Part shown: positions 33,854-43,103 of the stretch, piece by piece | Position numbering within the stretch: the stretch's first letter is position 1 | Layout: each line of letters opens with the position of its first letter | Assembly (NCBI GenBank): GCA_963764715.1 | Contig: CAVXTP010000021.1 | Location: 192,001 to 256,000 of the forward strand | Length of the DNA stretch: 64,000 bases | Direction of reading: 5' to 3' | Origin: an uncultured Acidobacteriota bacterium | Lineage (GTDB): Bacteria > Acidobacteriota > Thermoanaerobaculia > UBA5066 > Gp7-AA6 | Position numbers and translations under genes: made by a program | Notes under the pieces: generated by a model | The model's input: only the letters and a program-made list of their open reading frames with translations | The model's database searches: none | Told to the model about the DNA's origin: nothing

Positions 33854-35277
33854 GATTCCGCAGGAGTGTTCTCGTTGCGTTCGGGGTGGTGTTCGTGAGC
33901 GCCTCGGCCCGCGCCCAGGACGTCCCGGCCCGCATCGCCGGCGCCGCGCTGACGGGCGGCGGTGCCTCGGCCTTTCTCGAGAAGCTGACCGACTCGGTCG
34001 GAGGCCGTGTGACGGGGAGCCCGGAGCTGCGCCGCGCCTCGGAGCTGATTCTGGCGGAGCTGAAGCAGGCGGGCTACGCCAACGCCCGCTTCGAAGAGTC
34101 CCCGCTCGAGTCGCGGTGGTCGCGCGGACCGGCGTCGGGCCGGATCACGTCCCCGATCGATCGGGCGATCACGATCGGGTCGTATGCCTGGGTCCCGGGC
34201 ACGGCGGGACCGGTCGGGACGCCGCTCGTCGACATCGGCGCCCCGGCGTCGAACGCGCTGCCCGTGCCGGCCGAACGCGTGCGCGGTGCGGCCGTTCTCG
34301 TCGACCCGCAGAAGATCGGCGTCGATCCCTCCTTCGTTTCCCGCGCGGCCCTGGCGCGGGCCCTCGCCGAGGCGGGCGCGGTCGCGATGCTCATCCCGTC
34401 CGACAAGCCCGGACGGATGGTGTACACGTCGGCCTTCGGCTTCTATCCGAGGGCGCCGCTTCCGGTCATTTCCGTCGGGAAGGCGGATGCGCTGCTGCTG
34501 CGGCGGCTCCTCGCGAAGGGCCCGGTGAAGCTTTCCCTCGACGTCCGGAACTCCTTCGACACGAGCCCCTACCTCGAGCGCAACGTGATCGCGGATCTGC
34601 CGGGCCGGGACGCCTCCGAGATCGTCCTGCTCGGCGCGCACTACGACTCCTGGGACCCCGCCGAGGGAGCCGACGACGACGGCTCGGGCGTGGCCGCCGT
34701 GCTCGAGGCGGCGCGGATCCTGAGGTCGCTCGGAATCCAGCCCCGGCGGACGATTCGATTCGCGTTCTTCTACGGCGAAGAGGAAGCGACGCTCGGCTCG
34801 CGCGCCTACGTCGCGACACACGAGAAGGAGCTCGATGCGCTCAAGGCCGTCCTGGTGATGGACTCCGGCGCCCAGGCGCCGAAGGGCGTCGAGCTCCACG
34901 GACGGGCAGACCTCGAGGCGCCGATGAGAAGGGCGCTCCGATCCGTGGCGTCCCTGGGCGCCTCGTCGACCACGCTCGAGGCGAGCTTCGACCGCGACCA
35001 CGGGCCGTTCATGGTCGTGGGCGTCCCGGCGATGACTTTGTGGGTCGAGCCGGGAACATACGACGACCGCCACCACACGGTCATCGACACGTTCGACGGC
35101 GTCGATCCGCACTGGCTCGCCGTCGACACGGCGGTGATGGGGATTTTGGCGTGGGAGCTGGCGAACGGCCCGGAACCGGTCGGCCGCCGCCTCTCGCCGA
35201 CGGAAGCCGATGCCCTCCTGAAGGGCTCTGGCGTCGAGGGGACGAAGCGCATGGTCTACGGCGCCTCACCGCGCTGA
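33850..35277 (+). CDS. Secreted M28 family metallopeptidase (carboxypeptidase Q-like)
   Basis: Signal peptide; GAHYDSW, ADDDGSG, GEEEATLGS, HHTVID. Confidence 0.92.
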   Translation: MRFRRSVLVAFGVVFVSASARAQDVPARIAGAALTGGGASAFLEKLTDSVGGRVTGSPELRRASELILAELKQAGYANARFEESPLESRWSRGPASGRITSPIDRAITIGSYAWVPGTAGPVGTPLVDIGAPASNALPVPAERVRGAAVLVDPQKIGVDPSFVSRAALARALAEAGAVAMLIPSDKPGRMVYTSAFGFYPRAPLPVISVGKADALLLRRLLAKGPVKLSLDVRNSFDTSPYLERNVIADLPGRDASEIVLLGAHYDSWDPAEGADDDGSGVAAVLEAARILRSLGIQPRRTIRFAFFYGEEEATLGSRAYVATHEKELDALKAVLVMDSGAQAPKGVELHGRADLEAPMRRALRSVASLGASSTTLEASFDRDHGPFMVVGVPAMTLWVEPGTYDDRHHTVIDTFDGVDPHWLAVDTAVMGILAWELANGPEPVGRRLSPTEADALLKGSGVEGTKRMVYGASPR

Positions 35278-35292
35278 GGAGGAGGGCATCCA

Positions 35293-35805
35293 ATGACGAC
35301 CTACACGACGATTCTGGAAGAGGCCCTCGAGGCCTGGGAGTACACGCGGCGGGGCGTGATCGACGAGCTCCGCAACCTGCCCGAGAAGAGCATGGCGTTC
35401 CGCCCCTCGCCGGAGGGCCGGACGGTGGGCGAGCTCGCGCGGCACATCGTCGAGTCCGGGCTGCTGATGTCCGGGGAGCTGTCGCAGCGGGACGGCGACT
35501 TCCGGCGCAAGAGCTACGAGGCGCTCCTGCGGGAGCACGGCCGGGGCGTCGCGCGCCTGACGACGCGGCGGGCCCTGCTCGACGGGCTCGCGCGGAAGCA
35601 TCGCGACGGGGAGCGAGCCCTGCGGAAGGCGGGAGAGCTCCACATGCTCCAGAACATCCGGCGTTTCGACGGAAAGTACGGGACCCGGCTGGCCTGGATG
35701 CAGCACGGGATCTCGCACGAGGAATATCATCGCGGGCAACTCGCGCTCTACGCGCGCCTTCTCGGCCGCGTTCCGGCGCTCACGCAATTGATCATGGGAG
35801 GTTGA
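35293..35805 (+). CDS. DinB family protein
   Basis: GGAGG RBS; RTVGELARHI and HEEYHRGQL motifs. Confidence 0.9.
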   Translation: MTTYTTILEEALEAWEYTRRGVIDELRNLPEKSMAFRPSPEGRTVGELARHIVESGLLMSGELSQRDGDFRRKSYEALLREHGRGVARLTTRRALLDGLARKHRDGERALRKAGELHMLQNIRRFDGKYGTRLAWMQHGISHEEYHRGQLALYARLLGRVPALTQLIMGG

Positions 35806-35807
35806 CG

Positions 35808-36488
35808 ATGCGAGGATCCCGGATCGTTCGGATCGTGGCTCTCTCGGGCGCGGCGGTCGCCGCCGTCGCCATCGCGCAGGTCCAGACGAAGGAGTCGCAG
35901 GCGGCAATGACCCCGGCGGCGGCGCTCGCGCGCCTCAAGGAGGGAAACGCGCGGTTCGTCTCGGGGCAGCTCAAGCCCCGCGACTTGAACGCGAAAGTCA
36001 TCGCCACGGCGTCGGGCCAGTACCCCTTCGCGGCCGTCCTCTCCTGCATGGATTCGCGGGCGCCGGCGGAGATCGTCCTCGACCAGGGCATCGGCGACAT
36101 GTTCAGCCTGCGCTCGGCGGGCGACGTCGTCGACACGGACGTCCTCGGAGGCCTCGAGTACGCGACGAAGGTCGTGGGGGTGAAGCTCGTCGTCGTCCTC
36201 GGCCACACCGAATGCGGGGCCGTCAAGGGAGCGATCGACGGGGTCAAGCTCGGCAATCTGACGGCGCTGCTCGCGAAGATCCAGTCGGCCGTTCGCGATT
36301 CGGGGCCGGGGACCTCGAAGGACAAAGATTACGTGAAGAAGGTCACCGAGCAGAACGTGCGGGACTCGATCCACGAGATCCGCGAACGGAGCTCGATCCT
36401 GCGCGGCCTCATCGATTCCGGGCAGGTCGGCATCGCCGGCGCCCTGTACGACGTTTCCACGGGGACCGTGACGTTCATGGCGGACTGA
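35808..36488 (+). CDS. Exported beta-class carbonic anhydrase
   Basis: GGAGG RBS; signal peptide; LKEGNARF, CMDSR, GHTECGAV zinc ligands. Confidence 0.93.
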   Translation: MRGSRIVRIVALSGAAVAAVAIAQVQTKESQAAMTPAAALARLKEGNARFVSGQLKPRDLNAKVIATASGQYPFAAVLSCMDSRAPAEIVLDQGIGDMFSLRSAGDVVDTDVLGGLEYATKVVGVKLVVVLGHTECGAVKGAIDGVKLGNLTALLAKIQSAVRDSGPGTSKDKDYVKKVTEQNVRDSIHEIRERSSILRGLIDSGQVGIAGALYDVSTGTVTFMAD

Positions 36489-36528
36489 TCGCCCCGGGCG
36501 CTTCGGTCGATATAGGCTTTCCCCCATC

Positions 36529-38823
36529 GTGACGCTCGCGGCACGTACGCTCGGACCCTACGAAATACTCGGCCCCCTCGGCGCGGGCGGGATGGGGGAG
36601 GTCTACCGTGCGCGCGACCCGCGGCTCGAGCGCGACGTCGCGGTCAAGGTCCTGCGGGGCCTTTCGCACGGCAGCCCCGATGCGATCGCCCGATTCCAGC
36701 GCGAGGCGCGGGCGGTCGCCGCACTGTCGCACCCCAACATCCTGGCGATCCACGACATCGGAGAGGCGAATGGCGTGGCGTACGCCGTCATGGAGCTTCT
36801 CGAGGGGGAGACCCTTCGCGGACGGCTCGCCGCCTCCGCGATTCCGGCCCGGAAATCCGTCGAGTACGCGCTGCAGATTGCGCAGGGGCTCGCCGCGGCT
36901 CATGACCGCGGGATCGTCCACCGGGACCTGAAGCCCGAGAACGTCTTCCTGACGCAGAACGGCCTGGTCAAGATTCTCGACTTCGGCCTGGCGGTGCTGT
37001 CCACGCCGGGCTCGTCGGCCGACCTTTCGCAATCGCCGACGGTCGGTACGCAGCCGGGGGTCGTCCTCGGCACGCCGGGCTACATGTCGCCCGAGCAGGT
37101 ACGCGGCCGTCCGGTCGACCACCGCACCGACCTCTTCGCCCTGGGCGCGATCCTCTACGAGATGCTGACGGCCAAGCGGGCCTTTCGCGGGGACAGCCCG
37201 GCGGAGGCCATGATCGCCGTCCTTCAAGAGGACCCGATGTCCTCCCCGACGGGCACGCAGATCACTCCGGAGCTCGCCCGGATCATTTCGCACTGCCTCG
37301 AGAAGGAGCCCGGGGAGCGGTTCCAGAACGCCCGCGACTTCGCCTTCGCGCTCGAGGCGCTCCAGGTCGAGTCCTCCGCTCCCGGGACGGCGGCGGTCTC
37401 GGGCTCGGGCTTCGGGCCGGCGGAGGCCTCGATCGCGGTCCTCCCGTTTCGCAACATGAGCGCGGACCGCGAGGCCGAGTACTTCAGCGACGGGATCACG
37501 GAGGAGATCATCAGCGCCCTGGCGGGCCTCGAGGCGATGCACGTCGCGGCGAGGACCTCCTCGTTCGCCTTCAAGGGCAAGGACACCGACGTGCGGCAGA
37601 TCGGCCGCGACCTCGGCGTCCGCACTGTCCTCGAGGGAAGCGTGCGGCAGGCGGGGCGCCGCATCCGGATCACGGCGCAGCTCGTGGACGTCGCGAGCGG
37701 CTACCAGCTGTGGTCCGAGCGCTTCGACCGGGAAATGGAAGACATCTTCACCGTCCAGGACGAGATCGCGCGCGCGATCGCGGCGACGCTGAAGGTGCGG
37801 CTCGCGGCGCAGTCGGGGGCGGCGGTCGGGGCGCCGCCGAACCGCGACCTGGTGGCCTACGACTCGTACCTGAAGGGCCGGTTCGACTGGAGCCTGCGGC
37901 GCATGCCGTCGGCCGTGGCGCACTTCCGCGCCGCGGTGCAGCGGGACCCGGATTACGCGGCGGCGCACCTGGCCCTCGCGGATTCGTACGCGGTGTGGGG
38001 CTTCTACGGGGGCCTGCCCTGCTGGGAAGCGTTCGGCCGCGCGCGCGTGGCGGCCGAGAGCGCGGCGCGCCTCGAGCCCGATTCCTCCGGCGTCCACCTG
38101 TCCTTCGGCATCATCGAGCACTACTACGGCTGGGACACGGCGCGGGAGGAGCAGGAGCTGCGACAGGCGGCCGACAAGGATCCGCGGTCGGCGGATCCTC
38201 ACACCTGGCTTTCCCTGTGCTGGGCGGTCAGCGGGCGCTTCGAGGACGCGTTGGAGGCGGGACAGGAAGCGGTCCGGCGGGAGCCGCACTCGGCCAACGC
38301 CCGCGCGGTGCTCGGCTGGTCGTACGCCGGGTCGCGGCGATGGGCGGAATCCATCCCGATCCTGGAAAAGGCCGTCAGTCTCGAGCCCGACGCGGCCTTT
38401 CCCCGGTGGTCGCTCGGGCTCGCGCAGCGCTACGGGGGTCGACTCGACGAGGCGATCGCGACGCTCGAGACGGCCGTGGGATCCACGCGCCGCGAGCACA
38501 CGTATCAGCTCGGCCTCTACTGCGGCGCCCTGGCGGACGCCGGCCGCACGGCGGAGGCCCGCGCGATCCTCGCGGAACTGGAGGACCGGTCCCGCCGGAC
38601 GTACGTCCCGCCGTACGACCTGGCGATCTCGTACGTCGGCCTGGGCGAGAGGGAGAAGGCGATCGACGCGCTGGAGCGGGCCTTCGACGAGCGCAACGGG
38701 TTGATGTGGTACCGGATCCACAAGCCGATGCTCGACCCGCTGCGCGACGAGGCCCGCTACCGGGCGATCGCCGAAAACCTGGCCCGGCGGGCGCCGGTCG
38801 CGGACGCCGTCCGCGGATCGTGA
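36529..38823 (+). CDS. Ser/Thr kinase K12 with TolB_N-like module and TPR repeats (no evident TM)
   Basis: Kinase motifs; SIAVLPFRNMS..EYFSDGITEEII module; helical TPR-like C-terminus. Confidence 0.92.
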   Translation: MTLAARTLGPYEILGPLGAGGMGEVYRARDPRLERDVAVKVLRGLSHGSPDAIARFQREARAVAALSHPNILAIHDIGEANGVAYAVMELLEGETLRGRLAASAIPARKSVEYALQIAQGLAAAHDRGIVHRDLKPENVFLTQNGLVKILDFGLAVLSTPGSSADLSQSPTVGTQPGVVLGTPGYMSPEQVRGRPVDHRTDLFALGAILYEMLTAKRAFRGDSPAEAMIAVLQEDPMSSPTGTQITPELARIISHCLEKEPGERFQNARDFAFALEALQVESSAPGTAAVSGSGFGPAEASIAVLPFRNMSADREAEYFSDGITEEIISALAGLEAMHVAARTSSFAFKGKDTDVRQIGRDLGVRTVLEGSVRQAGRRIRITAQLVDVASGYQLWSERFDREMEDIFTVQDEIARAIAATLKVRLAAQSGAAVGAPPNRDLVAYDSYLKGRFDWSLRRMPSAVAHFRAAVQRDPDYAAAHLALADSYAVWGFYGGLPCWEAFGRARVAAESAARLEPDSSGVHLSFGIIEHYYGWDTAREEQELRQAADKDPRSADPHTWLSLCWAVSGRFEDALEAGQEAVRREPHSANARAVLGWSYAGSRRWAESIPILEKAVSLEPDAAFPRWSLGLAQRYGGRLDEAIATLETAVGSTRREHTYQLGLYCGALADAGRTAEARAILAELEDRSRRTYVPPYDLAISYVGLGEREKAIDALERAFDERNGLMWYRIHKPMLDPLRDEARYRAIAENLARRAPVADAVRGS

Positions 38824-38861
38824 GGAAGCACGCCGCCGCGAACCCATCGAAGGAGCACGCC

Positions 38862-39320
38862 ATGGCAACGCCGCTGTCCCGCTGCGAGTTCGAAGCGAGC
38901 GATCTCATCGTCAAGGTCGACATGACGCTGCCCGCGGACGTCAACGCCATTTCGCCGGTCGTCGAGAAGGTGATGCAGATCGTCACCGAGATGGGCTGCG
39001 CGGCCGGCCGCGAGTTCGAGATCGATCTCGCGCTGCGGGAGGCCCTCGCCAACGCGATCGAGCACGGAAGCGGCAACGACCCCTCCAAGCAGGTCGAGTG
39101 CTGCGTCGCGTGCGATCAGGCCCGCGGGATGCTGATCGTCGTGCGCGATCCGGGCCCCGGGTTCGACCCGGCGTCCATTCCCAGCCCGATCCAGGGACAG
39201 AACCTCTTCTCGACAGGCGGCCGCGGGATCTACCTCATCAACCAGCTCATGGACGACGTGAAGTTCGAAAAGGGCGGCACTGAGATCCACATGCGCACAA
39301 ACCCCCCCGCATCTCGATAG
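38862..39320 (+). CDS. RsbW-like anti-sigma factor / HATPase_c_2 protein
   Basis: AAGGAG RBS; EALANAIEHG, DPGPGFD, GGRGIYLI. Confidence 0.9.
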   Translation: MATPLSRCEFEASDLIVKVDMTLPADVNAISPVVEKVMQIVTEMGCAAGREFEIDLALREALANAIEHGSGNDPSKQVECCVACDQARGMLIVVRDPGPGFDPASIPSPIQGQNLFSTGGRGIYLINQLMDDVKFEKGGTEIHMRTNPPASR

Positions 39321-39358
39321 CCGCTTTCCCCCTCCCTCGCCCGACTGTTTCATCTGTT

Positions 39359-39514
39359 CGCGGCGCGAATAGTCTCCCGACCGGGGGGAGGGAGGAGGTT
39401 CGCGCCGCGGGAGCGCAGCGGGCGGCGGGGGTCAGGCGTGCGGTCGAGCGTCGTCCGCGAGCCGCACGCCGGTGCGTCCTTAGGACGCAGACCCCCGACA
39501 CCCGTGGAGCGACG
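39359..39514 (-). repeat. Structured intergenic element, copy A (ncRNA-like or palindromic DNA repeat)
   Basis: Four stems; reverse complement aligns to 60930-61085 with compensatory substitutions. Confidence 0.75.
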
Positions 39515-39515
39515 G

Positions 39516-40772
39516 TTAGATTTCTGCCGAGCCCGCCGCATCGGGCAGTGTCTGCTCCGTTTCGGTGTGGCGGGAGGGCTCCGGGAGCTTCACGAAGATC
39601 GCGGCGGCGAGCGCTCCGAGGAGAAAGGTCAGGCCCCAGAGCACGCGGGCCCCGGCCCGCTCGAGCACGACGGTCCCCGCCCACGGGCCGATGCCGAAGG
39701 CGATCGAGAAGACCATCGTGTACAGGCCGCTGTACTCGCCGCGCCGGGCGTCGGGCGCGATGTCCGTGGCGTAGGCCGCCGATGCGGGGAAGAAGAGCAT
39801 TTCCCCGAACGTCCAGATGACGACCGTCCCGGCGAGCGACCAGAAGTCCCGGGCGAACGCCATCGCGCCGAAGCCCGCCCCCGACAGGATCGCGCCCAGC
39901 GCGAGCGTCCGCCGGTGGGACCAGTGCGCCGTGGCGGCATTGAGCGGGATCTCGAGGACGACGATGAGCAGGCAGTTGAGCGAGAAGAGCAGGCCGAAGG
40001 TGCGCGGCGTGAAGCCGAGGCCGTCGACGATGTAGAGGGGCATCGAGGAGATGTGCTGAAAGAAGATGACCGTGACGGGCAGCACCCCCGCGAGAAAAAA
40101 CAGAAAGCGCAGGTCCGCGTGGGCGGCCGTCGAGAGACGCAAGCGGGTGGCCGTCGTCGGGGCGGGAGTGCCGGCGGGGACGACGGCCTTCTTCTTCTTG
40201 CCGTTCGGGAGGGCCGCGCCGGCGAGCACGAGCCCGGCGGCGAGCGACGTCGCGCCGTCGACGAAGAAGAGGTACCGGAAGGCGATCGTGGCGAGGATCC
40301 CGCCGATCGCCGGCCCGATCGCCATTCCGAGGTTGATCGCCAGGCGGTACACGGCGAAGGCCGACTTGCGCCGGGAGGGCTCGACGGTCTCGGCGAAGAA
40401 CGACATCGCGGCCGGCCGGAAGGCCTCCGTGAGCATCGCGAGGACGATCGTGACCCCCGCGATCGCCAGCCTGCCCTGCGCGAAGGGGTAGACGAAGAGG
40501 GTCGCGCCCGAGAGGAGCAGGGACGTCCGCATGAGGGGCACCGACCCGAACCGGTCGCTCAACCGGCCGGCGAGCGGTCCGCACACGATCGCCCCCACTC
40601 CGTACAGGAAGAGGACGAAGCCGGCCTGCTCGGGCGAGAAGCCCCGCTCCCGCGTCAGATACAGGACGAGGAACGAGAGGACCATCGAGCCCGCGCGGTT
40701 GACGAGCTGCGAGCCGGCCACCACCCAGACCGGCCGGGGCAGGTACCTGAGGTCTTTCCAATACTTCAGCAC
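39516..40772 (-). CDS. MFS transporter
   Basis: About 12 hydrophobic segments; GRLSDRFG motif A. Confidence 0.93.
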   Translation of the reverse strand: MLKYWKDLRYLPRPVWVVAGSQLVNRAGSMVLSFLVLYLTRERGFSPEQAGFVLFLYGVGAIVCGPLAGRLSDRFGSVPLMRTSLLLSGATLFVYPFAQGRLAIAGVTIVLAMLTEAFRPAAMSFFAETVEPSRRKSAFAVYRLAINLGMAIGPAIGGILATIAFRYLFFVDGATSLAAGLVLAGAALPNGKKKKAVVPAGTPAPTTATRLRLSTAAHADLRFLFFLAGVLPVTVIFFQHISSMPLYIVDGLGFTPRTFGLLFSLNCLLIVVLEIPLNAATAHWSHRRTLALGAILSGAGFGAMAFARDFWSLAGTVVIWTFGEMLFFPASAAYATDIAPDARRGEYSGLYTMVFSIAFGIGPWAGTVVLERAGARVLWGLTFLLGALAAAIFVKLPEPSRHTETEQTLPDAAGSAEI

Positions 40773-40810
40773 GGGCGCACGGAGTGATTACGGCCCGCGC
40801 CGGGTCCGGG

Positions 40811-40942
40811 TTATGCGAATCGTCTCAGGAGCCACGCCGCGGCGAGAGCGAGCAGTGCGAGGGCCCCCATGAAACCGAGCACGTAGAAGAGGATCGGCAG
40901 GAACCGCGCCTTCCGCGGGTCGTCGTCCTCCGGATCATCCAT
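40811..40942 (-). CDS. Small single-pass membrane protein (43 aa), not in the ORF track
   Basis: [43 protein letters not shown]; start overlaps the trxB stop by 8 nt. Confidence 0.6.
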   Translation of the reverse strand: MDDPEDDDPRKARFLPILFYVLGFMGALALLALAAAWLLRRFA

Positions 40943-41885
40943 GGATTCCCTGGGCCGCGAGCCAGCGCTCGGCGTCGATCGCGGCCTTGCAGCCTTCGCC
41001 TGCGGCGGACACGGCCTGGCGGTAGGTCGGATCGGCGACGTCGCCGGCGGCGAAGACCCCTTCGACGGAGGTGTAGGTCGAGGGATGCCGGACCTTGACG
41101 TAGCCGACGTCGTTCATCTCGAGCTGGCCCTTGAAGACCGCCGTGTTCGGCGAGTGGCCGATCGCGACGAAGACGCCCTGCGTCGCGAAGGGCTCGGTGA
41201 GCTCCGTGCGGGTGTCCTGGAGGGTGACGCCGGTGACGCCCTTTTCGTCGCCCTGGATGTCCACGATCGTCGCGTTCAGCCTCCAGGCGATCTTCGGATT
41301 GTTGCGCGCCCGGTCGAGCATGATGCGGGACGCGCGGAACTCCTCGCGCCGGTGGACGATCGTGACCTTCGTCGCGAACTTCGTCAGGAAGTTGGCCTCC
41401 TCCATCGCGGTGTCGCCGCCGCCGACGACCATGACCTCCTTGCCCTTGAAGAAGAAGCCGTCGCACGTCGCGCAGGCGGAGACCCCGCGGCCCATGAGCC
41501 GCTTCTCGGATTCGAGGCCGAGCAGCTTCGCCGACGCGCCGGAGGAGACGATGACGGCGTCGGCGGTGATCGAGCCGCCGGCGTCGAGGTGCAGCTTGAA
41601 GGGACGCCGGTCGAAGTCGACGCCCGAAACGGTGTCGAGCACGACCTCGGTCCCGAAGCGCCGGGCCTGCTCGCGGAAGACCTCCATCAGCTCGGGCCCC
41701 TGGATGCCGTCCTTGAAGCCGGGGTAGTTCTCGACTTCCGTCGTGATGGTGAGCTGGCCGCCCGGCTGGGGGCCCTCGAAGACGACCGGCGCGAGGTCGG
41801 CGCGGGAGGCGTACAGGGCGGCAGTCCAGCCGGCGGGGCCGGATCCGATGATGGCGATGTGGTAGTGGCTCTTGGTCGGTGGCAT
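40935..41885 (-). CDS. trxB: Thioredoxin-disulfide reductase
   Basis: [46 protein letters not shown]. Confidence 0.97.
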   Translation of the reverse strand: MPPTKSHYHIAIIGSGPAGWTAALYASRADLAPVVFEGPQPGGQLTITTEVENYPGFKDGIQGPELMEVFREQARRFGTEVVLDTVSGVDFDRRPFKLHLDAGGSITADAVIVSSGASAKLLGLESEKRLMGRGVSACATCDGFFFKGKEVMVVGGGDTAMEEANFLTKFATKVTIVHRREEFRASRIMLDRARNNPKIAWRLNATIVDIQGDEKGVTGVTLQDTRTELTEPFATQGVFVAIGHSPNTAVFKGQLEMNDVGYVKVRHPSTYTSVEGVFAAGDVADPTYRQAVSAAGEGCKAAIDAERWLAAQGIHG

Positions 41886-41930
41886 GGCGCCGGGAGGATA
41901 TCAGCGGCGCCGGGCCGGTATCATCCGCGG

Positions 41931-43103
41931 ATGCGGTCCGCGCTGTCCCGACGGCTCGAGGGATTCGGCACGACCATCTTCACCGAGATGACGCGCCTCG
42001 CCAACGAGCGCGGAGCGATCAACCTCGCCCAGGGGTTCCCCGACTTCGACGGGCCGGAGTTCGCGAAGGCGGCGGCGATCGACGCGATCCGGTCGGGCCA
42101 CGGCCAGTACGCGCGGATGACCGGGATCCCCGAGATCCACCGCGCCCTCTCCGCGAAGTACCGGCGCGACTGGGGCCTCGAGTACGCGGCCGACGCGGAG
42201 ATCACCGTGACCTCTGGCGCGACCGAGGCGATCTTCGCGGCGATCCAGGGCGTCTGCGACGCCGGCGACGAGGTCGTCCTCTTCGAGCCCTACTACGACT
42301 CCTACAAGGCGAGCGTGATCATGGCCGGCGCCGTGCCGCGGGTCGTCACGCTCCGCGCTCCGGACTGGACGTTCGACCCCGGCGAGCTCGCGGCGGCGTT
42401 TTCGCCCCGGACCCGGGCCCTGCTCCTGAACTCCCCGCACAACCCGACCGGCAAGGTCTTCGCGCCGGCGGAGCTCGAGGTCCTGGCCGCGCTCTGCCGG
42501 GAGCGCGACGTCCTCTGCATCACCGACGAGGTCTACGAACACCTCGTGTACGAGGGCCGCCACGTCCCGATGGCGACTCTCCCCGGGATGCGCGAACGCA
42601 CGATCACGATCTCCTCCTTCGGCAAGACGTTCTCGCTGACCGGCTGGAAGATCGGCTGGGCCGCGGCCCCGCCGGAGCTGACCGCCGCCGTGCGCGCGGC
42701 GCACCAGTTCGTCACCTTCGCCACGGCGACGCCGCTCCAGCACGGCGCGGCGGCGGCCCTTCAGGCGGGGCCGGACTACTACCGGACGCTCCTCTCCGAC
42801 TACCGGGGCAAGCGGGACTACCTCGTCGGAGAGCTCGAACGGATCGGGTTCGCCGTCCGCCCCCCGCAGGGGACCTACTTCGCCTGCGCGGACTTCCGGC
42901 CCTTCGGGTTCGACGACGACCGCGCGTTCGTGCGGCACCTGATCGAGACCGCGGGCGTCGCCGCGATTCCCCCGAGCGTCTTCTACGACCGGCCGGAGCA
43001 CGGCCGCCACTACGTCCGCTTCGCGTTCTGCAAGAAGCGGGAGACCCTCGAGGCCGCCGTCGCCCGGCTCGCGTCGCTGTCCCGGCGGGAGACGGCCGTA
43101 TGA
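41931..43103 (+). CDS. Class I/II PLP aminotransferase (YbdL/methionine-glutamine transaminase-like)
   Basis: AINLAQGFPDFD, NSPHNPTG, DEVY, SFGKTFSLTGWKIG. Confidence 0.92.
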   Translation: MRSALSRRLEGFGTTIFTEMTRLANERGAINLAQGFPDFDGPEFAKAAAIDAIRSGHGQYARMTGIPEIHRALSAKYRRDWGLEYAADAEITVTSGATEAIFAAIQGVCDAGDEVVLFEPYYDSYKASVIMAGAVPRVVTLRAPDWTFDPGELAAAFSPRTRALLLNSPHNPTGKVFAPAELEVLAALCRERDVLCITDEVYEHLVYEGRHVPMATLPGMRERTITISSFGKTFSLTGWKIGWAAAPPELTAAVRAAHQFVTFATATPLQHGAAAALQAGPDYYRTLLSDYRGKRDYLVGELERIGFAVRPPQGTYFACADFRPFGFDDDRAFVRHLIETAGVAAIPPSVFYDRPEHGRHYVRFAFCKKRETLEAAVARLASLSRRETAV

